The notes below the pieces were generated by a model. It saw only the letters and a list, made by a program, of their open reading frames with translations. It searched no databases and was not told where the DNA came from. Positions 28,825 to 38,761 of a DNA stretch of 64,000 nucleotides are shown here, one piece after another. Numbering within the stretch: the stretch's first letter is position 1; every line of letters begins with the position of its first letter. Origin of the DNA: Flavobacteriales bacterium (GTDB taxonomy: Bacteria; Bacteroidota; Bacteroidia; Flavobacteriales; Flavobacteriaceae); the NCBI GenBank assembly GCA_038326725.1, contig JBBQKI010000004.1, positions 4,393 through 68,392 of the forward strand, read 5' to 3'. The position numbers were made by a program, and so were the translations under genes.

Positions 28825-29376
28825 TTAGATAAAATTATGTGAAAAATTGTCCCGGTTTTTTCCTTCCACATCTTTGAAAAAGGAATGAAACACTTCAAAA
28901 TCTTCCCTGATAACCCCCGTTAAAAAATATGGTTTTCCAATAGTAACAGTTTTGGTTTTATAATTGAATGAGACACAAATAATGGGCACGTTTCCTTTTA
29001 AGGCTATATAATAAAACCCCGTTTTCCATAGCTCCACTTTTTTTCGCGTGCCTTCCGGAGACAATGCCAGCCTAAATTCTTCTTTTTTGGAAAACAATTC
29101 CACAATGGAATCTACTGTATTTTGACGGGAACCGCGGTCCAAGGGCGAGCCGCCCATCCATTTAAAATACCAACCAAATGGGGGTTGAAACAACTCTTTT
29201 TTGGCCACATAGTTTATTTGTGTTTCTAAAATTTTCCTAGCAAAAGCCCCAATATAAAAATCATGCCAGTTGGTGTGCGGCGCAACGATTACTACAGCTT
29301 TTTTTATCTCTGGCTGAAAAGAACCTGTAATTTTCCAAGCTAAAATTTTATAAAAAAAGAATTTTGTAAAACCCAT
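28825..29376 (-). CDS. 1-acyl-sn-glycerol-3-phosphate acyltransferase-like (PlsC family)
   Basis: 183 aa. HX4D acyltransferase motif (APHTNWHDF), SPEGTR motif (LSPEGTRKK). Confidence 0.8.
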   Translation of the reverse strand: MGFTKFFFYKILAWKITGSFQPEIKKAVVIVAPHTNWHDFYIGAFARKILETQINYVAKKELFQPPFGWYFKWMGGSPLDRGSRQNTVDSIVELFSKKEEFRLALSPEGTRKKVELWKTGFYYIALKGNVPIICVSFNYKTKTVTIGKPYFLTGVIREDFEVFHSFFKDVEGKNRDNFSHNFI

Positions 29377-29393
29377 TCAAGAAAATTTACGAA

Positions 29394-31223
29394 CTACATT
29401 TTAAGGTATAAATTCTTTAATTTTTCACGTGTAATGATTCGGTCCCAATTATCTCCCAATGCATTTTCCCATAGCGGGACCATGCATAAAGCAATGCTTA
29501 TCATTGACTCCATTTGTTCATCAGAAAGGTTTTTGCATAAATTTTTTGGGATTTCTATATTTTGCTTGTCCACCATTTTTTTAAAAACGGCCACATCTTT
29601 CGGATAAAATTCTTCCAAATGCCCAAAAACGATACAATTGCCTACTCCGTGTTTTGTGCCCAAAACGTATGAAAGTCCATAACTTAATGCATGCGCCACT
29701 CCCACTTGAGAATAAGCAATACTCATGCCACCATGCCATGAGGCCATCATCAGCTTTGCTCGGGAGTCCTTCTCGGAAAGGGAATTGTTCAAGAAAATTT
29801 CCAAGCAAAGGTCATAGGCCTTTTCACCATAACTTTGACTGAAAGCGTTTAAAAATGTGCCATTCAAAGATTCCACACAATGAATAAAACAATCCATCCC
29901 CGTATAAAACCATTGATTTTTTTCCACACCTTGGGTGAGATCCGGATCTAAAATAACCTGATCAAAAGGAGTGAAATCGCTATTTATACCCAGTTTACGC
30001 AACGGACCGGTAAGCACCGCAGTACGTGAAACTTCAGCGCCCGTGCCGGAAAGGGTGGGAATACCCACATGGTAAACCGCTTTGTGCCTAACCAAATCCC
30101 AACCTTGATAATCGGAGGTATTCCCAGGATTGGTTAACATGATGGAAACGGCCTTGGCCAAATCCAAAATAGAGCCGCCACCAATACCAATAATGCCGGA
30201 AGGCTTTAATATAAATTCATTTTTTATATCCCTTACAAGATGATCCACTTGCTCGGTTTTGGGTTCTTCTTCGGAAGAAATAAAAAACAGTTTGTCGTTA
30301 GCCCATAGCGGAATTTTATCAGTGAATTCTTTATTCTCTTTAAAAACATCGTCCACTATAAAAATAAATGGTGCATTTTCTTCCCGTTGTAATGATAAAA
30401 TTGAACCCAATTGATTAAAACAACCTTCGCCAAAAACTACTTTTGGGACCATGGGATAATTCCGGAATTTGTTGTTCACGGAAATTTTTTCTTCATTTTT
30501 TAATAATTGATTGGCACGAACCAAATCTTCAGGGGTGTCTATTTCAACGCCGGGAGTATTTGAAATTGCCATTTTTATGTTCTTGCCATATTCCAAATAG
30601 CGGATGCACTCTATTTTTTCGGTGGCTTCCAAAGCCCGCATTGGCAAACGGTAAAAATCCAAAATCGCTTGTTTCCTGAATGCGTAAATCCCTTTATGTT
30701 TAAAATATTGAACCCCAACATTTTTTTCGCGTGGGTACGGGATTGGGGATCTCGAAAAGTAAAGTGCGAAATCGTTTTCGTCCACAACTACCTTCACCGT
30801 GTTCGGATCGCTAATTTCGCTCCAATCGTGGATTTCGGTCATCAATGAAGCGAGATCAATTTTTTGGGCATCGGAGCCATTAAAAACTGCCAACACTTTT
30901 TCCAATCCTTCCCGGCTGGTGAAAGGTTCGTCGCCCTGCACGTTCACCACAATGTCCACATCCATATTTTCCACGGCTTCTGCTATACGATCGCTACCGC
31001 AGTCGTGTTCTTTGATGCTCATGATTGCTTTGCCGCCGTTTTGTTCAATTTCGTTGAAAATGATTTTACTATCCGTAACCACATAAACTTCGTCAAAAAG
31101 ATTGGTGGCCTTTGCAGCATCGTAGGTACGCACTATTACTGGTTTTCCGCCCAAATCCTTCATCAGTTTGCCCGGGAAACGGGAAGCGGCAAAGCGCGCG
31201 GGGATTATTGCTATTATTTTCAA
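29394..31223 (-). CDS. kdsB: Fusion protein: 3-deoxy-manno-octulosonate cytidylyltransferase (KdsB, about residues 1-245) plus iron-containing alcohol dehydrogenase domain (KdnB-like, about residues 255-609)
   Basis: N-terminal [16 protein letters not shown]...NVQGDEPF...[10 protein letters not shown] (KdsB). C-terminal [14 protein letters not shown] plus metal-site His/Asp ([29 protein letters not shown]) typical of Fe-ADH. One uninterrupted 609-aa ORF. Confidence 0.85.
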   Translation of the reverse strand: MKIIAIIPARFAASRFPGKLMKDLGGKPVIVRTYDAAKATNLFDEVYVVTDSKIIFNEIEQNGGKAIMSIKEHDCGSDRIAEAVENMDVDIVVNVQGDEPFTSREGLEKVLAVFNGSDAQKIDLASLMTEIHDWSEISDPNTVKVVVDENDFALYFSRSPIPYPREKNVGVQYFKHKGIYAFRKQAILDFYRLPMRALEATEKIECIRYLEYGKNIKMAISNTPGVEIDTPEDLVRANQLLKNEEKISVNNKFRNYPMVPKVVFGEGCFNQLGSILSLQREENAPFIFIVDDVFKENKEFTDKIPLWANDKLFFISSEEEPKTEQVDHLVRDIKNEFILKPSGIIGIGGGSILDLAKAVSIMLTNPGNTSDYQGWDLVRHKAVYHVGIPTLSGTGAEVSRTAVLTGPLRKLGINSDFTPFDQVILDPDLTQGVEKNQWFYTGMDCFIHCVESLNGTFLNAFSQSYGEKAYDLCLEIFLNNSLSEKDSRAKLMMASWHGGMSIAYSQVGVAHALSYGLSYVLGTKHGVGNCIVFGHLEEFYPKDVAVFKKMVDKQNIEIPKNLCKNLSDEQMESMISIALCMVPLWENALGDNWDRIITREKLKNLYLKM

Positions 31224-31356
31224 AATGCAGTGTGGTTTTTTAAATGTGGATCAAAAGTAAGAAGATTTAAACTACTTAAAGGAAGCTGAATCACGCGTTT
31301 TTTTTTATAAGTAAGACCTATTTTTTTGAAGATACATAAATCCGCTTGGGGTTGCT

Positions 31357-32790
31357 TTATGGAGTGTCTTCAAACAACTCTGCTTTAAAACCGATAAGGT
31401 ACAGTTTTTTTTGTGCCCTGGTAACGGCAGTATAAAGCCACCTTAAATATTCTTTGTCCACTCCGTTCGGGAGATAGGGCTGTTCCACGAAAACTGTGTT
31501 CCATTGCCCTCCCTGAGATTTGTGGCAGGTAATGGCATAACTGAACTTTACCTGAAGTGCATTAAAATATTTATTGTTCTTTACCGCAAGAAATTTTTTG
31601 TATTTGGATTTTTCGGAAGCATAATCCTTCATTACTTCCAGATAAAGCTTATTGCCTTCATCATAACTCAAAGATGGTGTTTCCGAGGCCAATGTATCCA
31701 ATAGCAGAACGGTTTCAAAAGGTTTCATGTTTGGATAATCTACCATCCGCATTTTCACTTCTGCAAAACGGAAGCCATATAAATCTTTAAAATAGAAGAT
31801 TTCCAACACTTCAACAATATCTCCATTGGCAATAAAACCTGCTTCTGAGTCCGCTTCCACCCAAAAATAATTGTTCTTGACCACCATTAAATAATCGCCC
31901 GCTGAAAGTTCCCGTTCCTGAAACAAAATGCGTTCGCGGATGGATTGGTTGTAAAGGTTCGCCCGTTTATTGGAACGAACAATAATAACTGTGCCTTCAT
32001 TTCCCAATTCTGAATAGCTATCGCTAATGGCATCCATAATTTCCTGCCCATCAACAGGGCGTACCACATCGGGAAATTCAATTCCTGAAAATTTGAAGGT
32101 TTCAAAAAGCCCGTCTTCCAGCTTTTCCCGGATTTTGGTTGCGTTCACCAAAATCCCGCTTTCCTTTTGCTGCCGCACCACTTCATCCAATTCAATTGCA
32201 AGTACTTTTTGATTATATTTTTTTTCCAGCAATTCCCCATCAAGAGCTGGACTTATCGAAAGATGGACGGGGGGCAATTGTGCAGTGTCCCCAATCAATA
32301 ATAGCTTGCAACCGTGTCCGCTGTGTACATATTGCATCAAATCGTCCAGCAACGAACCGTTTTCAAAAAGTTTTGAATCAGTATTTATGTCCGGAATCAT
32401 CGAAGCTTCGTCCACAATGAAAATGGTATCACGGTGCTTATTGGGTTGTAACGAAAAGGAAACTCCCCCGCCCTTTTCCATTTTCGGGAAATATATTTTT
32501 TTGTGGATTGTGAAGGCATTTTTCCCGGAATAATTGCTAATCACCTTTGCGGCCCTTCCTGTGGGCGCAAGCAATATCGAGGTTTTTTTAAGCTTTCCGA
32601 GGTTTTTCACCAAAGCTCCAACTATTGTGGTTTTACCTGTGCCGGCGTAGCCTTTAAGCAAAAAGGTTTCATTTTGGGAATTACTTAAAACAAATCCGGC
32701 CAATAACTGAAGTGCAATATCCTGTTTTGGTGTGGCGGAAAAGGGGAAATCATTTTTTAAAAAGGCGTAAAATTCAACAGCAGTAATCAT
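31357..32790 (-). CDS. RecD-like (SF1) ATP-dependent DNA helicase
   Basis: Walker A GYAGTGKTT, DEASM (Walker B), and C-terminal YAITCHKSQGGQW (UvrD_C_2-type). Confidence 0.85.
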   Translation of the reverse strand: MITAVEFYAFLKNDFPFSATPKQDIALQLLAGFVLSNSQNETFLLKGYAGTGKTTIVGALVKNLGKLKKTSILLAPTGRAAKVISNYSGKNAFTIHKKIYFPKMEKGGGVSFSLQPNKHRDTIFIVDEASMIPDINTDSKLFENGSLLDDLMQYVHSGHGCKLLLIGDTAQLPPVHLSISPALDGELLEKKYNQKVLAIELDEVVRQQKESGILVNATKIREKLEDGLFETFKFSGIEFPDVVRPVDGQEIMDAISDSYSELGNEGTVIIVRSNKRANLYNQSIRERILFQERELSAGDYLMVVKNNYFWVEADSEAGFIANGDIVEVLEIFYFKDLYGFRFAEVKMRMVDYPNMKPFETVLLLDTLASETPSLSYDEGNKLYLEVMKDYASEKSKYKKFLAVKNNKYFNALQVKFSYAITCHKSQGGQWNTVFVEQPYLPNGVDKEYLRWLYTAVTRAQKKLYLIGFKAELFEDTP

Positions 32791-32917
32791 TTTGGCATAA
32801 TCGGTGAGGGTCTAAAGGTAGTCAGTATTTTTTCGGAATAAACTTTTACGAACAAAAAAAAATTGTAGCTTTGCCATTGACCATTTTTGGTAAAAAAAAC
32901 ATCTAATTTTTCATAAA

Positions 32918-33580
32918 ATGAAAGTAGTAATTCAAATAGTACTTTGGGTTTTGATCATCTTTTTGGGCTGGAAACTTTATGGTTCCATCAATGGCCCAAT
33001 GGAGTTTAATAAGGTTAAAGAAGCCCGTTATGCCAAGGTAATTAATAATCTTAAAGATATACAAGCTGGACAACTGGCTTATAAAGAAGTTACCGGGAAA
33101 TTTACCGGTAGTTTTGATAGTTTGGTGCGCTTTCTTGACACCGCACAGTTCGCCATCGTGGTTCGACGCGATACTAGCTTTGCCGATGTTGAAAAGAACA
33201 GGGCGTTTGGGATTGATGAAGGATATTACCTTGAAAAAACCATTTTGGATACCATTGGTTTTATCCCTGTGAAAGACTCAATTTACTCAGGTACGGATCG
33301 TTATAAGACAATGCAAAAAGTACCTGTGGAAAATATTGACGCCGAGTTTGAAATGAAATCGGGTTCCATTGAAAGGAACAATGCAATGTATTCAGTTTTT
33401 GAGGTGCGGGTGGCTAAAGATGTAATCTTGCAAGGTGAAAACAAAGACCTCATTTTACAGGAAAAACAAGTACAATCCGTTGATGCCGTAAACGGCGAAT
33501 ACATTAAAGTTGGTTCTCTAGATGAAGTAAACACAAGCGGCAACTGGCCCAAAATATACGATTCTGCTGAAGAACAATAA
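32918..33580 (+). CDS. Hypothetical membrane-anchored protein
   Basis: 220 aa with a single N-terminal TM helix (VVIQIVLWVLIIFLGW). No family recognised. Confidence 0.55.
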   Translation: MKVVIQIVLWVLIIFLGWKLYGSINGPMEFNKVKEARYAKVINNLKDIQAGQLAYKEVTGKFTGSFDSLVRFLDTAQFAIVVRRDTSFADVEKNRAFGIDEGYYLEKTILDTIGFIPVKDSIYSGTDRYKTMQKVPVENIDAEFEMKSGSIERNNAMYSVFEVRVAKDVILQGENKDLILQEKQVQSVDAVNGEYIKVGSLDEVNTSGNWPKIYDSAEEQ

Positions 33581-33641
33581 TTCACATAATTCAAACCATA
33601 ATAGACTGTCCGTTCAGGTTTCCCTGATCGGGCTTTCTTTT

Positions 33642-34379
33642 TTGGTAAAGGATTTAGGTAGCGGAGAAACGCTTTTTTCTATTGAAAAACCAATGGGCAA
33701 CATTTCTGGGCCTGAAGAACTTTTATTGGAATTAGAAAAAACAATCTTTCAAAATGAAATTCTCCAAGATGGCTTCAAAGAAATTTCCATTATTTATTCT
33801 ACACCTTTATTTTCGGTAGTTCCCGCGTCTTTATTTGAAGCTGCTAAAGCAAGTGAATATTTAAAGTTCAATTCAAAAATATTAGCAGGCGATTATATCG
33901 CCCATGATGTTTTAGAAACCCAAGAAATCGTAGTGGTTTATGTCCCTTTTATGAACATCAATAATTATTTCTTTGAAAAATACGGGACTTTCGATTTTTA
34001 TCATTCCACCACGGTTTTGCTCAAAACCCTTTTAAATGCTGAAAAAAAATCTATCAATTCCAAAGTTTATCTGCATGTTCAAAAAGGAAATTTCGATTGC
34101 ATTGTTATAAAAAATGGCAAACTTTTGCTTTGCAATAATTACCCATTTACGACGCCCGAGGATTTTGTTTATTACACTCTTTTTTGTTTTGAACAATTAA
34201 AACTGAACCCAGACACTATCGAAACCGTATTTTGCGGGGAAGTGAAAAAGGGGGACGAGATTTACAATATTGCCTATACCTATATCCGTAATATTTCGTT
34301 TCTGAAACCACCGGGAAATAAAGATTTAAAAGATCCGGATATGTATCCCGAAAATTTCCTTTTAAATAATATTATATAA
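33642..34379 (+). CDS. DUF3822-family protein (5' end unresolved)
   Basis: The track ORF starts at TTG 33642, but the family-typical N-terminal motif (LSVQVSLIGLSF) is encoded in frame upstream at 33606-33641. There is no ATG, GTG or TTG between the upstream stop (33528-33530) and that motif. Confidence 0.6.
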   Translation: MVKDLGSGETLFSIEKPMGNISGPEELLLELEKTIFQNEILQDGFKEISIIYSTPLFSVVPASLFEAAKASEYLKFNSKILAGDYIAHDVLETQEIVVVYVPFMNINNYFFEKYGTFDFYHSTTVLLKTLLNAEKKSINSKVYLHVQKGNFDCIVIKNGKLLLCNNYPFTTPEDFVYYTLFCFEQLKLNPDTIETVFCGEVKKGDEIYNIAYTYIRNISFLKPPGNKDLKDPDMYPENFLLNNII

Positions 34380-34918
34380 TGCGGATAATTTCCGGGAAAT
34401 ATAAAGGCAAAAGGCTTGTTGCCCCAAAAAACCTGCCCGTACGCCCCACCACCGATTTTGCTAAGGAAGCCCTCTTCAATATTTTACAAAACCAAATTGA
34501 TTTTGAGGAAATCACGGTATTGGACCTTTTTTCGGGTACGGGAAATATCAGTTTTGAATTCGCTTCGCGGGGCTCAAAAAATATTACATCCGTTGATGCA
34601 CATTTCGGTTGTATAAAATACATTCAAAAAATAAGCGAGGAACTTTCTTTTCCGATTGCGGCGATGAAAATGGATGTCAATAAATTCCTTTCCCAAACCA
34701 CAACTTCTTTTGACCTCATTTTTGCCGATCCACCCTATGATTTTTCGGTGGGCCAACTTCAAACGATTATTGAAAAGATTTTTGGAAACAAACTTTTGGA
34801 AGAAGACGGAATGTGCATAATCGAACATTCCAAACACAACGATCTTTCTGTATTGCCAAATTTTTCGGAAGCTCGAAAATATGGTGGCTCTGTTTTTAGT
34901 TTTTTTATTGCAGATTGA
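34379..34918 (+). CDS. rsmD: 16S rRNA (guanine966-N2)-methyltransferase RsmD
   Basis: MRIISGKYKGKRL..P...RPTTDFAKEALFNIL, LDLFSGTGNISFE (SAM motif), FADPPY. Confidence 0.9.
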   Translation: MRIISGKYKGKRLVAPKNLPVRPTTDFAKEALFNILQNQIDFEEITVLDLFSGTGNISFEFASRGSKNITSVDAHFGCIKYIQKISEELSFPIAAMKMDVNKFLSQTTTSFDLIFADPPYDFSVGQLQTIIEKIFGNKLLEEDGMCIIEHSKHNDLSVLPNFSEARKYGGSVFSFFIAD

Positions 34919-34932
34919 CGTTCGGTTTTCCT

Positions 34933-34960
34933 TAAAAAAGATTCCCGCTTTCGCGGGAAT
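34933..34960 (-). terminator. Rho-independent terminator of rnpB
   Basis: Hairpin attcccgc-tttc-gcgggaat (34941-34960), followed on the minus strand by CTTTTTT. Confidence 0.75.
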
Positions 34961-34965
34961 AAAAA

Positions 34966-35286
34966 AGCAGGCCTATAAGCCGGATTCTGTCCGCGGTTTT
35001 AACACCGTGTCCTTATCATTTATCTGGGCGCTTTGTTGCCAAACCGCTCTATCTGCCTACCCTCCTGCTCGGGCGGGAACCCTCGGGCACAGGTTTACGT
35101 GGCATTTCACCGCATAGAGTTTACATGATTTCACTACAGCATTACCTGTACATCCTTTCTGTTGCACTTGTCCTAAAATCTTCGCGAAGGCGAAAATCCC
35201 GACGGCCGTTAGCCGCTATGCTTCCCTGTGGTGTCCGGACTTTCCTACCCGCAATTTACATTGCGGATCGATAAGGCGGCCTGCGG
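34966..35286 (-). ncRNA. rnpB: RNase P RNA (bacterial type A)
   Basis: The minus strand carries the universally conserved GGAAAGTCCGGAC (35233-35245) and ACAGAATCCGGCTTAT (34975-34990). P1 pairs GCAGGCC (5' end) with GGCCTGC (3' end). The region is GC-rich relative to its flanks and has no credible CDS. Confidence 0.9.
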
Positions 35287-35378
35287 CGCAAAAGTACTTA
35301 AAATGTTGATAAATACCGGAAAATAAGAAATTGGGATTTTCAAAACCCAAGGGGACGGCTTATATTTGTTTTATAGCT

Positions 35379-37106
35379 ATGGAACACTTTATTGTATCAG
35401 CCCGAAAGTATCGCCCCGCCGTTTTTGAAGACGTGGTGGGCCAGCAAGCCATAACCAACACCCTTCAGCACGCCATAGAAAACAATCATTTAGCACAGGC
35501 TCTTTTGTTCACCGGGCCGCGTGGCGTTGGCAAGACCACCTGCGCACGTATCCTTGCTAAAAAAATAAACCAAGACGGCAACGAAAAAACGGATGAAGAT
35601 TTTGCCTTCAATATTTTTGAACTTGATGCCGCCTCCAACAATTCCGTGGACGATATTCGTAATTTAATTGACCAAGTCCGAATACCGCCGCAAGTTGGCA
35701 ATTATAAAGTCTATATAATCGATGAGGTGCACATGCTGTCTTCAGCAGCATTTAATGCTTTTTTAAAAACGCTGGAAGAACCACCAAAACACGCCATTTT
35801 CATTTTAGCCACCACCGAGAAACATAAAATAATACCCACCATCCTATCGCGTTGCCAAATTTTTGACTTCCGGAGGATTACGGTCCGGGACATAAAAACT
35901 CACCTTGCAAACGTTGCCAAAGCCGAGGGCATTGAGGCCGAAGACGATGCTTTGCATATTATTGCTGAAAAAGCCGACGGTGCCCTGCGGGATGCCCTTT
36001 CCATTTTTGACCGGGTAGTCAGTTTTTCGGGGAAAACCCTTACCCGCGAAGCCGTGGCGGAAAATCTCAACGTACTAGATTATACTTATTATTTTAAGAT
36101 TACCGAACTACTATTGGTAAACAATATTCCCCAAACCTTGGTTGCTTTTAATGAGATTTTGGCCAAAGGTTTCGATGGACATCATTTTATTATGGGGCTG
36201 GCTTCTCATTTTCGCGATCTATTAGTTTGCATAAATACCGAAACCCTTAAATTGCTTGAAGTGGGAGAACAAGTGAAAACAATGTACTTTGAACAATCGC
36301 AAAAAACTTCACCTTTATTTTTAATCGACGCCATCGAACTAGCGAATAGCTGTGACCTTAAATACAAGAACAGCCAAAACCAACGCCTTTTAGTGGAACT
36401 TTGTTTACTGCAACTTGCTTCCCTTACTGCACGGGACGAAAAAAAAAAGCCTGAACGTTTTGTAATTCCCCCTTCCCATTTTTCTTCTGAAAAAGGAAAA
36501 GCTGAAAAACCAATTGTATCGAAAACGGATAAAGAAAATAAGATTTCTGAAGAAAATGATACTGAAGAAATAATTTCAACTTCACCTGAAAATCCGTATC
36601 CCGAAAAATTAATCGAACGCCCGCAAATCTTGGCCGAAAGAAACGCCGAAAGGATTTCGGCACTTTCAATAAAAAGTATTCAGAAAAAACAAGAACTTAA
36701 AAGAGAGCTGGTTGCAAGCCAAGGAAATGTTGAGAAATTGCCAACTGAAGAATTTACCAACGAAGCTTTTCAAGCCTCATGGAGTGACTATGCCAATTTG
36801 GTTCAAGCAAATGGAGGTCATAATCTTCACTCCCATCTTTCAATGGGGAAGCCACATGTAAAAGGTTCCGTTATCTTTCTCGAATTCCCAAATCATACCA
36901 TCAAAACGGAAGTAGAACGGGCGAAGCATGAATTGTTGGCCTATTTACGGGAAAAACTTCAAAACCACGAAATTGATTTAAATATTTCCGTGAACGAAGA
37001 AGCCGAAAAACGATATGCTTACACTCCCCGCGAAAAATTTGAAAAACTGTTGGAAAAAAACCCGCTAATGGAAAAGCTTCGCAAAGAATTTGATTTGGAG
37101 ATATAG
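35379..37106 (+). CDS. dnaX: DNA polymerase III subunits gamma/tau
   Basis: KYRP..F.DVVGQ, Walker A GPRGVGKTT, IIDEVHML, SRCQIF. Start at ATG 35379 (MEHFIV). Confidence 0.93.
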   Translation: MEHFIVSARKYRPAVFEDVVGQQAITNTLQHAIENNHLAQALLFTGPRGVGKTTCARILAKKINQDGNEKTDEDFAFNIFELDAASNNSVDDIRNLIDQVRIPPQVGNYKVYIIDEVHMLSSAAFNAFLKTLEEPPKHAIFILATTEKHKIIPTILSRCQIFDFRRITVRDIKTHLANVAKAEGIEAEDDALHIIAEKADGALRDALSIFDRVVSFSGKTLTREAVAENLNVLDYTYYFKITELLLVNNIPQTLVAFNEILAKGFDGHHFIMGLASHFRDLLVCINTETLKLLEVGEQVKTMYFEQSQKTSPLFLIDAIELANSCDLKYKNSQNQRLLVELCLLQLASLTARDEKKKPERFVIPPSHFSSEKGKAEKPIVSKTDKENKISEENDTEEIISTSPENPYPEKLIERPQILAERNAERISALSIKSIQKKQELKRELVASQGNVEKLPTEEFTNEAFQASWSDYANLVQANGGHNLHSHLSMGKPHVKGSVIFLEFPNHTIKTEVERAKHELLAYLREKLQNHEIDLNISVNEEAEKRYAYTPREKFEKLLEKNPLMEKLRKEFDLEI

Positions 37107-37117
37107 CGTTCGCAAAC

Positions 37118-37213
37118 TCCAAATTTCAAATGTCAAATTCCAAATAGATTTAATAATTTATTATTCAATTTAAAAATCAACAATCAAAAATCAACAATCG
37201 TAAATCGTAAATC
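37118..37213. repeat. Two heptamer-periodic microsatellite blocks: NYCAAAT x4 (37118-37145) and NNNAATC x6 (37172-37213)
   Basis: tccaaat|ttcaaat|gtcaaat|tccaaat, then aaaaatc|aacaatc|aaaaatc|aacaatc|gtaaatc|gtaaatc. The second block ends 3 nt before the miaE ATG. Confidence 0.7.
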
Positions 37214-37216
37214 CTC

Positions 37217-37798
37217 ATGCTTGGCTTAAAACTTCCTACGGACCCGCGTTGGGTGAACATAGTTGAAAAGAACATAGAAGAAATACTTACTGATCACGCT
37301 TATTGTGAACAAAAGGCAGCTTCCACGGCAATTTCTTTGATCGTAAGTTTCCCGGAATACACAGACCTCGTGCAGGAGATGGTGGCGTTGGTGAAAGAAG
37401 AAATAACCCATTTTAAAATGGTGCATGACAAAATCTTGGAACGCGGCTGGGTGATGGGAAGAGACCGGAAGGATGATTACGTTTTGGAAATCGTAAAATT
37501 TTTTCCAAAAGGCGGCAGCCGCACGAATCAATTGGTGCATCGGTTGCTGTACGCCGCTTTAATCGAAGCCCGTAGTTGCGAACGTTTTCGGTTGTTGAGC
37601 GAGGAATTAGAAGACAAAACCTTGGCGGAATTTTACCAAAGATTGATGGTCAGTGAAGCCAATCATTATACTATGTTTCTAAGCTTTGCTCGCCAATACG
37701 GCGACCGGGAAGAGGTGGACAAGAAATGGAAAAGCCTTTTAGAATTTGAAGCAGAAGTAATGAAAGAGCTTGGGAAAAAGGGGACTATTCATGGTTAA
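37217..37798 (+). CDS. miaE: tRNA-(ms2io6A37)-hydroxylase MiaE
   Basis: 193 aa. Diiron-ligand pattern DHAYCEQKAA...EEITHF...EARSCERF...SEANHY. Confidence 0.85.
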   Translation: MLGLKLPTDPRWVNIVEKNIEEILTDHAYCEQKAASTAISLIVSFPEYTDLVQEMVALVKEEITHFKMVHDKILERGWVMGRDRKDDYVLEIVKFFPKGGSRTNQLVHRLLYAALIEARSCERFRLLSEELEDKTLAEFYQRLMVSEANHYTMFLSFARQYGDREEVDKKWKSLLEFEAEVMKELGKKGTIHG

Positions 37799-37848
37799 CA
37801 ATTTTTTTTTATTTACACATAAAATCCATCGGATAATTCTATAAAATA

Positions 37849-38760
37849 CTAATAAACTTCCAAACTCTCCGCAACTTTTTCATTATACAAACTTTTAATG
37901 ATCCCGTCCGTAAGTCCAATTTTAGGGACAAATACATTTTTTGCCTTGCTCCATTTCATTGCAGAAAGATAAATTCGGGTGGCAGGCACAACCACGTCTG
38001 CCCTGTCCGGACTCATGTCCAGCTCCGTGATGCGCTCTTCGTATGAAAATGACTTTATGTATGCATAATAGGATGTGAGATAGAAATAGCTCAAAGGTTC
38101 CCCTATTTTTTTTCCACTGCTTTTGTAAATGCTATTGATGTTTCCGCCTGAACCAATGAGGGATATTTTTGGGTAATTTTTGGTTTCCACCTTTATCCAT
38201 TCTTCCATTTGTTGCCACATGCTGTCTTCAACCATATTATTCAGCAACCGCACGGTACCCATTTTAAAGGAACGCGAGGCCGTCATTTTTCCATCCGCAA
38301 ATACTGTAAATTCTGTACTTCCGCCCCCCACGTCAACATACAAAAAGGCTTTGTCATCTTGAATTAATGATTTTAAATCGGTGGAAGCGATAATGGCTGC
38401 TTCATCGTTGCCATCAATAATGTTTATATAAATCCCGCTTTGCCTTTCTATTGTTTGCGCTATTTCCATACCGTTGGAAGCTTCGCGCATGGCCGAAGTG
38501 GCGCAGGCCCGAAAGCGTTTCACATTATGGGTTTTCATGAGGAGCCTGAAGGCGCATAGGGCATCTATCATTCTTTTTGCATTATGCTCGGAAATTTTTC
38601 CTTCCAAAAAAACTTCAGCACCTAAGCGGATTGGCACCCGCACCAATGACGTTTTTTTAAAAAGGGTGTCCTTCCCTTCTTGTTCGATGACCGAGGCTAT
38701 CAGTAAGCGGATGGCATTGCTCCCCACATCAACGGCACCGTATGTTTCTATGTTCAGCAA
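37849..38760 (-). CDS. ppx: Exopolyphosphatase (Ppx/GppA family, short form)
   Basis: YGAVDVGSNAIRLLIA, YVDVGGGSTEF, LIGSGGN are ASKHA-fold Ppx/GppA motifs. Confidence 0.88.
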   Translation of the reverse strand: MLNIETYGAVDVGSNAIRLLIASVIEQEGKDTLFKKTSLVRVPIRLGAEVFLEGKISEHNAKRMIDALCAFRLLMKTHNVKRFRACATSAMREASNGMEIAQTIERQSGIYINIIDGNDEAAIIASTDLKSLIQDDKAFLYVDVGGGSTEFTVFADGKMTASRSFKMGTVRLLNNMVEDSMWQQMEEWIKVETKNYPKISLIGSGGNINSIYKSSGKKIGEPLSYFYLTSYYAYIKSFSYEERITELDMSPDRADVVVPATRIYLSAMKWSKAKNVFVPKIGLTDGIIKSLYNEKVAESLEVY

Positions 38761-38761
38761 A

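Noticed and set aside
34881-35117. 78-aa plus-strand ORF downstream of rsmD.
   Set aside because: It lies entirely within the RNase P RNA gene on the opposite strand. The high GC content there is explained by RNA structure.
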